Source: a virus (Duplodnaviria > Caudoviricetes). From it: a stretch of 58,941 nt of DNA. The first letter of the stretch is position 1; every line of letters begins with the position of its first letter. A program made the translations under genes and the position numbers. Below the pieces are notes generated by a model that ran no database searches, was not told the DNA's origin, and saw only the letters and a list, made by a program, of their open reading frames with translations. Location: positions 1 to 58,941 of the IMG/VR virus record IMGVR_UViG_3300010354_000100, one strand, 5' to 3'. Of this stretch, positions 35,419 through 45,431 are shown piece by piece.

Positions 35419-35885
35419 AAAAATTTTCCCACAAGGGATATTGCGAAGGACGAGAAGAAAATTGCGGACACCTCAACTGTGGGAAGTTTGGAAATCTTTA
35501 CCTTGAGGAAGGGCAAAAAGACGCCAGAGCAAGGCTGAAATACTGCCTAGATAAGCCAATTAAAATACGCGAACGCAAACTTAAGTCGACTCGACTCAAC
35601 CCTGCATCCCAAAAGACGAGGAAGAACGCCGCAAAGAGGACAGAGGTTCGCCGTATAGTCCATCAACGCGACATGGGGTTGTGTCAGGCAAGATTCCTGG
35701 TAGGGTCGATTACGTGTTCAGGACCACTGGACATTGATGAAGTGATACCTAGGGGTCGAGGAGGCAACTACTTAGACCCGGACAACTGCCAGGTGCTGTG
35801 CCGAGCGCACCACCGGTGGAAGCATGACAACCCAGCCGAGGCTGAAAGGTTAGGACTCACGAAGTCTCTCCCGCCTCAGGCCTGA
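35415..35885 (+). CDS. HNH endonuclease
   Basis: CQ...C...DIDEVIPRGRGG...DNCQVLCRAHH. Confidence 0.8.
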   Translation: MKKFSHKGYCEGREENCGHLNCGKFGNLYLEEGQKDARARLKYCLDKPIKIRERKLKSTRLNPASQKTRKNAAKRTEVRRIVHQRDMGLCQARFLVGSITCSGPLDIDEVIPRGRGGNYLDPDNCQVLCRAHHRWKHDNPAEAERLGLTKSLPPQA

Positions 35886-35899
35886 CGTTAGGAGATACT

Positions 35900-36646
35900 T
35901 TGATTAGCAAAGAAGCAGTAATTGGCTTTACCCTATGGCTGGCAGCGGCGATAGGTGTCGGAACTGCCAACGGCGGAATCACCAGACAAGAGGCCTCCGA
36001 GCGACCTTATTCAAGGGTCTCGGTGGCCAGCCAGTCGATTCGGCAGACAGAATCCAATGAAACAATTGCGGCCCCCCGACCCGAGGCCATCCTCCAAGAG
36101 GTCTTCGTTTTCAACGAAAGAAGCGAGCGCGTCGCCAAACTTCAGGGATTCCTGGGGCTGACCGTCGACCAACATTACGGAAAGATGACAAGAAAGGCCC
36201 ACCTCGCCGCCCTTCAGGCTGCCGGGATGGAGACTGCTTTTGTCCCCGCCGTCCCCAACCCGCTCATCACGGATGGCAAGAGGCGCTACAACATCTCAGA
36301 TGACCCCACTCACCGATGCCCCCAGTTTGAGCCGCTGTTTCAGCAGTACGGACTGGAGCCCGTCGAGGTCTTCTCTTACATCGCCTACCGCGAGTCAAGG
36401 TGCAATCCAAAGGCTGTGAACGCCAAATTCGACTCCAAGGGCAATGTGATTTGGACCCTCAACAAGAACGGGTCGATTGACCGTGGCTTAGTGCAAATTA
36501 ACTCCTGCTGGAAGACGGTCACCCAGAACGTCTGTGGGACGGGCCTGGAGGGGTTGTTCGATGTCCATTGCAATTTGAAGGTTGCCAAGCACATCATGGA
36601 TAATTCGTCCGGCGGTCTGGCAAACTGGAACGTATGGAACAAGTGA
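35900..36646 (+). CDS. lytic transglycosylase (SLT-like) with N-terminal signal/TM and PG-binding-like segment
   Basis: IAYRESRC.P, DRGLVQIN, N...A, W; LQ.FLGL.VD..YG..T. Confidence 0.8.
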   Translation: MISKEAVIGFTLWLAAAIGVGTANGGITRQEASERPYSRVSVASQSIRQTESNETIAAPRPEAILQEVFVFNERSERVAKLQGFLGLTVDQHYGKMTRKAHLAALQAAGMETAFVPAVPNPLITDGKRRYNISDDPTHRCPQFEPLFQQYGLEPVEVFSYIAYRESRCNPKAVNAKFDSKGNVIWTLNKNGSIDRGLVQINSCWKTVTQNVCGTGLEGLFDVHCNLKVAKHIMDNSSGGLANWNVWNK

Positions 36647-36858
36647 GAAAACTCTTCACCAAGAACATCTACTTCTTCGTCGTCTATTCGGTCATTTCCG
36701 TGATTGGGATATGGGTGTATGAGAGAGTGATTCGCCCACGCAAGGTTCAGCGCGACATCCAAAAGGCAATCGATGAGATTCGCATGATGCGAGAAGAGCG
36801 AACCGATAATCTCGCATCGCTTTTCACAGGCACGAAAGACTCGATATCCAAACTGTAA
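36634..36858 (+). CDS. single-TM membrane protein
   Basis: IYFFVVYSVISVIGIWVY. Confidence 0.6.
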   Translation: MEQVRKLFTKNIYFFVVYSVISVIGIWVYERVIRPRKVQRDIQKAIDEIRMMREERTDNLASLFTGTKDSISKL

Positions 36859-36864
36859 GAACGA

Positions 36865-36940
36865 GCCCTCGTATCGGCTCACTCTTATAAGGTGTAGAAA
36901 CCGCAGCGGTGACACGGTGGTTCAAATCCACCCGAGGGCA
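36865..36940 (+). tRNA. atypical tRNA-like RNA, anticodon UAU (Ile), lacking a normal D-arm
   Basis: GCCCTCG/CGAGGGC-A acceptor; GGTGG-TTCAAAT-CCACC T-arm; CACT-CTTATAA-GGTG. Confidence 0.65.
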
Positions 36941-37073
36941 CTCTGCGCTATCATTTGCCCAAACGTTCCACCCCATTGACAAGAACCCGCGGGTTCTTCG
37001 CCGCTCGTTAGCGATAGGTGGGGTGGTCATGAGAACTACTTCTATTCGATTTCGTCAAGTCAGAATGACCCGC

Positions 37074-37271
37074 ATGAAAAGACGGACTAGGGCACTGCTT
37101 CTCGCCACTCTCGGTGTTGTCGCCCTCTCTGCGTGCGGTTACCAAGGAAGTTATCGTTACGAGTGCCAAGACCCAGAAAACTGGGAAAATCCTGAATGCA
37201 ATCCGCCAGCCTGCAAGGTCAATGGGGACTGCTGGAAAGATTTGGTGGGTTACGAAGAGGAGCAGCCGTGA
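37074..37271 (+). CDS. small Cys-rich lipoprotein
   Basis: LSAC lipobox; YRY.CQDPENW...C.PP.C. Confidence 0.75.
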   Translation: MKRRTRALLLATLGVVALSACGYQGSYRYECQDPENWENPECNPPACKVNGDCWKDLVGYEEEQP

Positions 37272-37540
37272 GCAATCGGATGACACCAGAGGAATTAGAT
37301 GCGAGACTTAAGTTCGTTGTTGGTTGCATTCTTGGCGGAGTTCTCACCATCACTACCATCGGCGTCCTCTACGCGCTTGTCTTCGTTGCGCAGCCGATTG
37401 GCGTTCAGGCAGAAAACGACAAAATGTTCTTCGGAGTGTTGTCGTCGGTAGCCACCTTTATTACCGGTACTCTTGCTGGCCTCATGATTTCAACTGGTCG
37501 AAACAAAGAAACGAGCAGCGAGGAGGCGGCAAGTGAGTGA
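37268..37540 (+). CDS. two-TM membrane protein (holin-like candidate)
   Basis: two TM helices; GTGA overlap. Confidence 0.6.
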   Translation: MSNRMTPEELDARLKFVVGCILGGVLTITTIGVLYALVFVAQPIGVQAENDKMFFGVLSSVATFITGTLAGLMISTGRNKETSSEEAASE

Positions 37541-37645
37541 AACGTTGAGGGTCATTTTGGCGCTTCTTGTCGGCGGTGCCGCAGGATTTATCCTTGCCGC
37601 AAGAACGGTTCATTGCGAAAACTGCGATTGCGGGGCTGAGTAACC

Positions 37646-37927
37646 ATGACTCTGGACGACTTCCTCAACACGAACTTTGGAGTGACCCTGGCCTTCGCGC
37701 TCACATGGGGTGCTGCAGTCTGGGCTTATCGCAAGAACACCGAAGACCATAACGCCCTGGGTGACAAGGTTGATGACGCAAAGAGCGAAATGCTTGAATC
37801 GGTAAGGCAACTTGGCGAGAAGATTGACGCAGTTCGTGAGGCAATCTCTCATCACGAGACTGTGTGGCATGCCCCAGAGCACGTGGAAGCAAAACCCAAG
37901 CGAAAGAGTGCCGCCAAGAAAAAGTAG
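37646..37927 (+). CDS. TM plus coiled-coil protein
   Basis: N-terminal TM, heptad pattern. Confidence 0.6.
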   Translation: MTLDDFLNTNFGVTLAFALTWGAAVWAYRKNTEDHNALGDKVDDAKSEMLESVRQLGEKIDAVREAISHHETVWHAPEHVEAKPKRKSAAKKK

Positions 37928-37942
37928 GCATTGGTAATCTTT

Positions 37943-38683
37943 ATGGAACAAGAACAAGAGAGGAAATCCTGGATGATAGTCGTAGCGACTACTATCCACG
38001 CCTACGTCATGGACAACCCAGACCACTGGGGCTCGTGGATGAAAAACGCCGAAAAGGTCAAAGCCGAATATGCAAAATTCGGAGACTGGGCTGGAGTCCA
38101 GTACTTTGCAGCAATACAAATGGACTCACGTGGACTGGAGCCATTCAAGCCATTTTTGGAAAGGCTCACCGAAATCGGTGGCGGCTTTTGGACATACACG
38201 CTTGATGATGGCAGAACTCAAGTAACCACAAAAAACAGAATCAGGCACATTGTTGCCGGTCAAAACCTTTGCAATGACTTTTCAATGTCAACTCACGGAT
38301 GCACACACATGCTCTTCATGGCTGCTGATTGCATGCCGCCAGACGACATTCTGCCCAAGATGCTGGAGATGGACCATCCGCTTTGCGCACCATACATTCG
38401 CACATACAACCTTCGCGGAACCAAGATTGACAAATACCCATTTCCAGTTGAGGATGCGATGGCTTCGGCGGCGGCAATTTTCATGGATAGACGAGTTTTT
38501 TCTTCCATCAGATGGCGTTGGGATTTTGACAAAAACATGTCCGATGACCCATGTTTCCACCACGACGCACTTCACTACCTGGGAATACCGACATACGTCC
38601 GTCACGACTGCATTGCCAGACATTTTCCAGAATCGGTCGGCGCAATTGAGACTCGCGGACATAACATGATTGTTCACAGATGA
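37943..38683 (+). CDS. glycosyltransferase-like (GT-A) protein
   Basis: THMLFMAAD..PP.D.L, SDD..F, G...YV..D....H. Confidence 0.6.
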   Translation: MEQEQERKSWMIVVATTIHAYVMDNPDHWGSWMKNAEKVKAEYAKFGDWAGVQYFAAIQMDSRGLEPFKPFLERLTEIGGGFWTYTLDDGRTQVTTKNRIRHIVAGQNLCNDFSMSTHGCTHMLFMAADCMPPDDILPKMLEMDHPLCAPYIRTYNLRGTKIDKYPFPVEDAMASAAAIFMDRRVFSSIRWRWDFDKNMSDDPCFHHDALHYLGIPTYVRHDCIARHFPESVGAIETRGHNMIVHR

Positions 38684-39240
38684 TTAAGCAACTAAGACCA
38701 TTCCACGACAGCGAGGCGCTTGCCAGGATTTACGCAAAGCCTCATGACCACAGGATTTATGGACGTGGACACCATGTCCGAGTTGAGGTAACCAAGAACA
38801 TCGTTCGCGATGCGATTTCAATGTCAAGAGGGAGCAGTATTGCCGACCTGAGTTGCGGAAACGGGGACATAGTTCGCTCAATGGGTTTGCAAAATATGTT
38901 TCTTGGTGACTATGCGCCTGGCTACGAGTTGGTCGGACCAATCGACAAGACGATAATTCAAATTCCGAAAGTCCACGTTTATGTATGTTCTGAATCGTTG
39001 GAACACGTCGAAGACCCTTTGCAAATCCTGAAACTGGTGCGTGACAAGTCCAAGTATCTTGTTCTTTCTACGCCAATCGAAAACTGGGAAGACACGAACG
39101 AAGAGCACTATTGGTCGTGGGACCGAGAAGGGATTGAAGAGTTGTTTTCTCAGTCTGGCTGGAAGCCCGACATGTTTCTTTTCCTCGACACAACAGTTTT
39201 TGGAGAGCCATACAAGTACGGAATTTGGGTCTGTAAGTGA
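38680..39240 (+). CDS. class I SAM-dependent methyltransferase-like protein
   Basis: IADLSCGNG, CSESLEHVEDP, LVLSTP. Confidence 0.75.
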   Translation: MIKQLRPFHDSEALARIYAKPHDHRIYGRGHHVRVEVTKNIVRDAISMSRGSSIADLSCGNGDIVRSMGLQNMFLGDYAPGYELVGPIDKTIIQIPKVHVYVCSESLEHVEDPLQILKLVRDKSKYLVLSTPIENWEDTNEEHYWSWDREGIEELFSQSGWKPDMFLFLDTTVFGEPYKYGIWVCK

Positions 39241-40103
39241 AGATTCTGATAACCGGCGATGCCGGTTTTGTCGGTGGATACTTTCGCAAGTCCCTTGAAG
39301 GTCACGACATTGTCGGAGTGGACATCAAGAATGGTCTTGATGCCAGGAAATTCTTTGCTGAAGATGACACCAAATTTGACCTAGTCGTGCATCTCGCTGC
39401 CATAGTTGGAGGTCGTGCAACAATCGAGGGAGCACCTCTTTCTGTCGCTGTCGATTTAGCAATCGACTCAGAGTTATTCCAATGGGCTTTGCGAACTCGC
39501 CCAGGAAGAATTATTTACTACTCGTCATCCGCTGCTTACCCAATACACCTTCAGGCTGCTGGAAGCACGCACAGGTTGAAGGAGTCCGACATAGACCTTT
39601 CAGACATAAAGTCTCCTGACTACACATACGGGTGGGCAAAACTAACTGGAGAAATGCTCGCCAGTTATGCAGAAAAAGAAGGATTGAGAGTTCATGTATT
39701 TAGGCCATTCTCTGGATACGGAGAAGACCAATCATTGGACTATCCGTTTCCATCGTTCATCATGCGAGGAGTGCAAAGGCAGGACCCATTCCTTATTTGG
39801 GGTACTGGAAAACAAACGCGGGATTTCATGCACATGGAAGATGTTGTCGCAGCAACGCTGGAAGCAGTCAAGCAAGACGTTCCCGGCCCAGTGAATCTTG
39901 GGCTCGGAAGGGCCACCTCGTTCAATGAACTTGCTGAAATAGTCACCAAGCAGTGCGGATATTTCCCTTTCTACGAAAGAAAACTTGGAGCCCCAGAGGG
40001 AGTTCAATATCGGGTATGTGACCCTACAAAAATGCTTTCTTTCTATAAGCCAAAAATAACTTTAGAAGAAGGCGTATCAAGAGCAATTAAATATCTTTCA
40101 TGA
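39237..40103 (+). CDS. NAD-dependent epimerase/dehydratase
   Basis: ITGDAGFVG, HLAA.VGG, SSS.AY, YGWAK, RPFSGYG. Confidence 0.92.
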   Translation: MKILITGDAGFVGGYFRKSLEGHDIVGVDIKNGLDARKFFAEDDTKFDLVVHLAAIVGGRATIEGAPLSVAVDLAIDSELFQWALRTRPGRIIYYSSSAAYPIHLQAAGSTHRLKESDIDLSDIKSPDYTYGWAKLTGEMLASYAEKEGLRVHVFRPFSGYGEDQSLDYPFPSFIMRGVQRQDPFLIWGTGKQTRDFMHMEDVVAATLEAVKQDVPGPVNLGLGRATSFNELAEIVTKQCGYFPFYERKLGAPEGVQYRVCDPTKMLSFYKPKITLEEGVSRAIKYLS

Positions 40104-40163
40104 AAGTTGCTTTGGTGCACCGAAACCCGTAGGCTTTACTCAACCAATTGAAAGGCAAACCAA

Positions 40164-41342
40164 ATGCTCAAATTCATCGTTTCACTGTTCGTCTCTGCCG
40201 CATCCCTGATGTCGCAGCCGTTGCCAAACGACAACGGGTACCGTCCCGCATGGGGTCTTGACAGAATTGACCAACGTCAATCAACGCTCAATGACAACTA
40301 CACCTACAACCTGACCGGAGAGGGAGTCAACGTTTACGTTTTTGACTCTGGAATTACTTCCGGTCACGACGATTTTGAAGGGCGAGTAGATGCGGGCTTC
40401 AGTGTCATAACCGACGGATTAGGAACAGAGGACTGCGCAGGACACGGCACGCACACGGCAAGTCTCGTTGGTGGCAAGACCTACGGGGTGGCAAAGAAAG
40501 TCAGACTGATTCCCGTGCGTGTTCTGAATTGCAACAACAGCAACTCCTCAAGTGCAACGTTGTACCCGGCAATCGATTGGATTATTGAACACCACAAGCC
40601 AGCAACTCCGGCAGTGGTCAACATGAGTGTCGGCATGCCAAAATCTGAGGCGTTCAACGAGGCAGTCCGCAGGCTCATTGCCGACGGTCTCATCGTCGTT
40701 GGTGCCGCTGGTAATCAATCCAAAGATGCGTGCCTGTATTCCCCCGCTTCGGAGCCTTCAATCATTTCTGTTGGCGGAACAGACAAAACGGACCTCCGCG
40801 GGACTCAATCAAACTTCGGCTCATGCGTTGATTTGTTTGCTCCCGGCTGGGACCTTGTAGGCGCATGGACTGGAGGTGCATCCGTATACCGCTCAAGCAG
40901 CGGCACCTCAAATGCGGCACCAATCGTCAGCGGAATTGCTGCGCTTATGCTGCAAGAAAATCCAACACTCACCCAGTCCCAGGTAGAGGCAAATCTCAAG
41001 TCAACTGCCACAGCGGGAGCACTGTTCAACATTGGCGCAGGGAGTCCCAACCTTCTCGCCTACTCGCATTTTGCTGCTCAGCAAGTTGTACCAACGACGA
41101 CAACGATTGTCACGACGACAACGACTGTTCCAGTTGCCCCTGTTCCAACCCCGGTCGTAACAACGACTACGGTCGTTCAGAACGTCACAACCACCACCGC
41201 TGCACCACAACCGCAACAGTTGGAACTGTCCTGTTCGAATCCAGCAGAACGGACGCGCTTCTACGGCGTTCCCTACGTTTGCGTGAACACCGGCAACCAG
41301 TTGATGTGGATTCCCCAGCGCTATTCGCCAGGACGTCCATAA
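40164..41342 (+). CDS. secreted S8 subtilisin-like serine protease with Thr/Pro-rich tail
   Basis: WGLDRIDQ, FDSG, GHGTH, SGTSNAAP triad; signal peptide. Confidence 0.92.
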   Translation: MLKFIVSLFVSAASLMSQPLPNDNGYRPAWGLDRIDQRQSTLNDNYTYNLTGEGVNVYVFDSGITSGHDDFEGRVDAGFSVITDGLGTEDCAGHGTHTASLVGGKTYGVAKKVRLIPVRVLNCNNSNSSSATLYPAIDWIIEHHKPATPAVVNMSVGMPKSEAFNEAVRRLIADGLIVVGAAGNQSKDACLYSPASEPSIISVGGTDKTDLRGTQSNFGSCVDLFAPGWDLVGAWTGGASVYRSSSGTSNAAPIVSGIAALMLQENPTLTQSQVEANLKSTATAGALFNIGAGSPNLLAYSHFAAQQVVPTTTTIVTTTTTVPVAPVPTPVVTTTTVVQNVTTTTAAPQPQQLELSCSNPAERTRFYGVPYVCVNTGNQLMWIPQRYSPGRP

Positions 41343-43268
41343 CTACTTGATTGGGCAAGCGCCTGTCGCGCAGTTGTCCAAGTCCAACTCTCCGTCGAAC
41401 GACTTCTGCTGAAGTGGGATGGTGAAGTCAATGCCTGCAAGCATCTTCTCGTAATCCTCTTTTGAGCATGCCTCGTATGGAGGCAATGGGAAGTTGTGGT
41501 CGCTGTGAAGCAAGAACGACACGGATTTGACTCCATTGTCGTAGTTCTTTTCCAGCCACTCCTTCATTGATGCGAGTTCTTCCTTGCGGTAGTACACGGT
41601 CACCGAAACTGCGTTGTCAGCCCACACTGTCTGCATCTTCTTGACCCACTCCAACTGCTCAACTGCGGTCATGGATGTTGCGAGTACAGAGCCTTCCGGC
41701 GACATGCATGGGAAGTCAACGACGTAGCGAGTGTGGTCCTCGCGACCGTCAAGACCGATGTCCCATTGGACCTTGTATCCACGCTTACGGCAAGCGTCAA
41801 CCAGCGGGTCTGCCGAGCCGAAACGCACGCGACGTACGTAATACTGCGCAAACGCTGGGTGGATTCCTGGGGTAACGCCGGGAAGCAGCGACAGTGTTCC
41901 GGATGGCTGAACAGTGGTCAAGCGGACGGAAACTGGCCAGCCCTTTTCCTTGGAGTATTTCTTGTCGAATGCTGCAAGGTTCTTGTACGCCTCATCAAGC
42001 CACTCCACCTTCTCGACAGGAACCTGCAAGATTCCAGTCACATTTTGACCCAATCGTGCGTTCTTCTTGACGATGTTGGTGGTCTTCTCGTACGGGTAAG
42101 CAAGGCGTGTAATTTGCTTTTGGACCTTGTAAAGAAGGATTGAGATTTCCTTCAGTTGCTCAAGGCTCTCAACGTTCGGCAAATAGATGGTCGCCAAGTT
42201 GCACGACTCTCCGTCAGCCAACGCAATCTCCGCACACGGGTTGAAACCCTCGATTGAGGGGTCTGGGTTCTTCTCGCCCAAGCGGCCGACACTGCGGGCC
42301 AATTTGCGATTAAGCAGTCCGTATGGCTCGCCAGAGCCGTCATAGCCCTTCCATAGTTCAGGCATGATTTCTTCGTATGAGTCGGCGTAGATGCTGTTGT
42401 TGCTGTTGGCTCGCCATGCCGGGATGGAGCCAGTAGCCCAGTTCTTGGCTCGCAAGAACAGAACGTCATCTGGGTCACCCATCGCAATCTGTGCAGAGCG
42501 ACGTGACGAACCCGACACGACGATTCGCCCGATGATGTTGCAAATGTCAAGAACATCGATTGAGCGAAGTTTCTTGCCCACGCGACCGTCCAGTACTTTG
42601 CAGATGTCCGCTATGCCGTCGATGAGCGCACCAGGTCCAGATGCGGTACCACCGAAAGTCTTGAGTGGCGCACCGTACTCGCGGATAAGAATCGTGGAGT
42701 AGGAGAAGGACTTACCAGTCTCAAAGTACGACTTCAAGACTGCGTGCAAGAGTCGCTTCCAACCGTGACGCGAATCAGGGACAATGATGTCGGCGTCATT
42801 GCTGCGCTCATGGGTGATGCTCACGCCTGACTTGACTTTTGGAAGGTCATGAATCTTTGCCCGCTCCACGGAGAATCCGACGCCACCGCCAAGCATGAGA
42901 TACTCAAACAGGAGTTCAAAATCCTCAATCTTTTCAATGTTTGTGAAGTAGCAGTTGTTTAACGACGACCCGTTGAATTTCTGAACGAGTGGCGTTCCAA
43001 GTTGCCAAAGTGCTCGGCCGGAGAATGAGCAGCGCAAATTGAACATGTGGTCGAAGAGAGCCTCTGCTTCTTCCTTCGTGTACTCGACTCCAATTTCGTG
43101 AGCACCGTTAACCACGCGCTGAAGAGTTTCAGTCCAAGTTTCATTGTCGCCGTTCTCCTTCTTGCGACTATAGGTGCGCAAGAAAACGATTTCTCCCATG
43201 CCGTTAAATCCCCAAGGAGCAAGTTTTTGGGAATAGGAGTCCACAAAGGACTGGTCTAGCAATGTCAT
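41343..43268 (-). CDS. nrdJ: class II (B12-dependent) ribonucleoside-triphosphate reductase
   Basis: RTYSR, LNNC, GGVG, RRSA, NPCAE, CNL, TVQPSGT, C-terminal CATGACP. Confidence 0.92.
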   Translation of the reverse strand: MTLLDQSFVDSYSQKLAPWGFNGMGEIVFLRTYSRKKENGDNETWTETLQRVVNGAHEIGVEYTKEEAEALFDHMFNLRCSFSGRALWQLGTPLVQKFNGSSLNNCYFTNIEKIEDFELLFEYLMLGGGVGFSVERAKIHDLPKVKSGVSITHERSNDADIIVPDSRHGWKRLLHAVLKSYFETGKSFSYSTILIREYGAPLKTFGGTASGPGALIDGIADICKVLDGRVGKKLRSIDVLDICNIIGRIVVSGSSRRSAQIAMGDPDDVLFLRAKNWATGSIPAWRANSNNSIYADSYEEIMPELWKGYDGSGEPYGLLNRKLARSVGRLGEKNPDPSIEGFNPCAEIALADGESCNLATIYLPNVESLEQLKEISILLYKVQKQITRLAYPYEKTTNIVKKNARLGQNVTGILQVPVEKVEWLDEAYKNLAAFDKKYSKEKGWPVSVRLTTVQPSGTLSLLPGVTPGIHPAFAQYYVRRVRFGSADPLVDACRKRGYKVQWDIGLDGREDHTRYVVDFPCMSPEGSVLATSMTAVEQLEWVKKMQTVWADNAVSVTVYYRKEELASMKEWLEKNYDNGVKSVSFLLHSDHNFPLPPYEACSKEDYEKMLAGIDFTIPLQQKSFDGELDLDNCATGACPIK

Positions 43269-43362
43269 AAAGTAACCTTCCGTATGAGTTTGAGCCGAGT
43301 AGGTTAGTGCAGGCTAGTTACTACGGTCGTCTAATCGTTGTGTATGCGGCTATGATTTCTGT

Positions 43363-43722
43363 ATGGACGTAACTTCTTTTGATAAGCAGGCATTCATGGA
43401 CTTCAACCAGTATCAATTCAGGTCAAGCCTCACGGCAAAGTATCCACAGGACAGGGCTGTTGAGTATTTAGTTCTTGGCCTTGCATCAGAAGCGGGAGAA
43501 GTTGCCGGCAAGTACAAGAAGATTATTCGCGACAAAGACGGAGTAATGACCGACGAAATGAAGCAGGACATGTCCGATGAAATTGGAGATGTGCTTTGGT
43601 ACTGTGCTCAACTCGCCAAAGCGCTTGACAACAGTCTTGGTGCCATTGCGGCAAACAATCTTGCAAAACTTGAATCGCGCCTTGAGCGAGGCAAGATAAG
43701 TGGTAGTGGCGACAAGCGATGA
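43363..43722 (+). CDS. mazG: MazG-like NTP pyrophosphohydrolase
   Basis: LGLASEAGEV..K.KK..RD, EIGDVLWY, N..KL..R..RG...GSGD.R. Confidence 0.9.
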   Translation: MDVTSFDKQAFMDFNQYQFRSSLTAKYPQDRAVEYLVLGLASEAGEVAGKYKKIIRDKDGVMTDEMKQDMSDEIGDVLWYCAQLAKALDNSLGAIAANNLAKLESRLERGKISGSGDKR

Positions 43723-43747
43723 CTGTGATTAGCCTGTGGACATCAAA

Positions 43748-44029
43748 ATGAGCAAGCAAGATAAAATAAAAGAGACCCTTGAGATTCTCGCTGATGCGGT
43801 TGAAAAATCAGAGGAAGCCAATTCTGAATTCACAGTCAGGATTCATTCCACAGTTCTGCGTGATGCCTTGGAGTCGATTGAGACATGGAAGTTGATAGCC
43901 GAAGAATTTGCCAGGTCGATAACGGTAACGCAGGGCGAGATAAAGCCAAAGATTGCGGTCGATATTGAAAGATTTCTTGCGGCTCAGTGGACGTACAATC
44001 AGGTGGCAAGTGAAGATAATCCGCTATAG
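43748..44029 (+). CDS. hypothetical protein
   Basis: in operon. Confidence 0.6.
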   Translation: MSKQDKIKETLEILADAVEKSEEANSEFTVRIHSTVLRDALESIETWKLIAEEFARSITVTQGEIKPKIAVDIERFLAAQWTYNQVASEDNPL

Positions 44030-44056
44030 TGGTACAAACAACAAATCGGAGGACTA

Positions 44057-44392
44057 ATGTCCAAAATTTCAGGAATTGACCTTGGTGACCCCAACAAGCC
44101 CTTTCAGGTATTTGGAAGTCAACTTGGAGGGCGCGACCAAGCAATAACCGTGCAACGTCCCAGTGCAAATATCAACAGGGACAAGATTGCTGCTCTTTCC
44201 AAGAATCTGAGTGCGCACATGAAGCAGATTCGTGCGACCATCGACAAACTTGAGGTCATGCAGGAGATGCTGACGGTCGATGATGACACCGACTCAATCG
44301 TGATGGACAAGGGTTTCGCTGACGAATACGAAACGCACGTCAAGAAACTGAAGGAATTGTTCGAGGAAGTGCTCAGGGCCTCGCAGCAATAG
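44057..44392 (+). CDS. hypothetical protein
   Basis: GGAGG RBS. Confidence 0.7.
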   Translation: MSKISGIDLGDPNKPFQVFGSQLGGRDQAITVQRPSANINRDKIAALSKNLSAHMKQIRATIDKLEVMQEMLTVDDDTDSIVMDKGFADEYETHVKKLKELFEEVLRASQQ

Positions 44393-44658
44393 TGGCAACG
44401 AAAAAGAAACCGGCGCGGCAAAAAGCCACGTCCAAGAACAAGACAGAGACAAAGTGCGAGATTGACCTCATAGGCGGAAAATACGACGGTCAAAAATTTG
44501 GTGTGGTTTTCCCGACGCCCAAATACATCGTTTTATCCCTTGGCACGGAGTTGTACGAACGCCAAGACCCTGATATAGTGATAGACGCAACATACAGGTA
44601 CACAGACAATTGGGTCGCTTACAGAGAGTGGCTCAAGGAACAGGCACAGAACATCTAA
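44392..44658 (+). CDS. hypothetical protein
   Basis: coupled start; L.GG.YDG. Confidence 0.6.
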   Translation: MATKKKPARQKATSKNKTETKCEIDLIGGKYDGQKFGVVFPTPKYIVLSLGTELYERQDPDIVIDATYRYTDNWVAYREWLKEQAQNI

Positions 44659-45431
44659 TGACGAATCCAAAAGTTCAGACCGTAACGGTCAGCGGATATC
44701 GCTACTACAAGCATCCAAGCCTCAAAGTGCAGGCACCTTCAGTCACGTCAATCATTGACATGCTGCCGGCGCCATTCTTGCGGCAATGGAACAGCAAGGT
44801 CACCGCTAACGCTGCCGTCGACAACATCGAGTACGTCAACGAACTCATCATGGCGAACAAGCAAGAGAAAGCACGCTTGTGGCTCAAGGCTGCTCCAGAG
44901 CGAGAACTGTCCATCGCTGCGGATACTGGAGACCGCGTACACAAAGCGATTGAGAACAGAATTGCCGACCCATCAGCACCATACGACCACGACCTCGAAC
45001 CATACATTCAGAACTTTGACCAGTTCTGTGTTGAGTACGAACCAGAGTGGCTTCATGTAGAGCGGTCTGTTTTCTCAATCACGCATCTTTACGCCGGCTC
45101 ATTTGACGCGATAGCAATGATTCGCAACAAAATGACATTGCTTGACTTCAAGACGACACGCTCAGGCATCAGCGCAAAAGTTGCGCTTCAGTTGGCTGCG
45201 TATTCCAGGGCAGACGAAATGTTCGACGACAACATGAACTCCATGCCGCTGCCAGACATTCAACAGGGTGCCGCACTTTGGCTCAGGCCAGACAAGTGGG
45301 GATTCTTTCCGCTTCGGATAGAAGACGACATCTTCGACACATTCCTTGCCCTGCGCAGAACATTTGAATGGGAAGCCCGTCAATCAAAGACGGCAATGCT
45401 CGCACCAATAACTTACGAAAGGCAACAATGA
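44658..45431 (+). CDS. PD-(D/E)XK exonuclease (RecB/Cas4-like)
   Basis: PSVTSI, G..VH, YAG.FD, LDFKT, QLAAY. Confidence 0.85.
   Translation: MTNPKVQTVTVSGYRYYKHPSLKVQAPSVTSIIDMLPAPFLRQWNSKVTANAAVDNIEYVNELIMANKQEKARLWLKAAPERELSIAADTGDRVHKAIENRIADPSAPYDHDLEPYIQNFDQFCVEYEPEWLHVERSVFSITHLYAGSFDAIAMIRNKMTLLDFKTTRSGISAKVALQLAAYSRADEMFDDNMNSMPLPDIQQGAALWLRPDKWGFFPLRIEDDIFDTFLALRRTFEWEARQSKTAMLAPITYERQQ

Noticed and set aside
44658-45431. Cas4 as part of a CRISPR system
   Set aside because: It lacks the Fe-S cysteines and sits near ssb in a recombination context, so it is an ordinary phage exonuclease.
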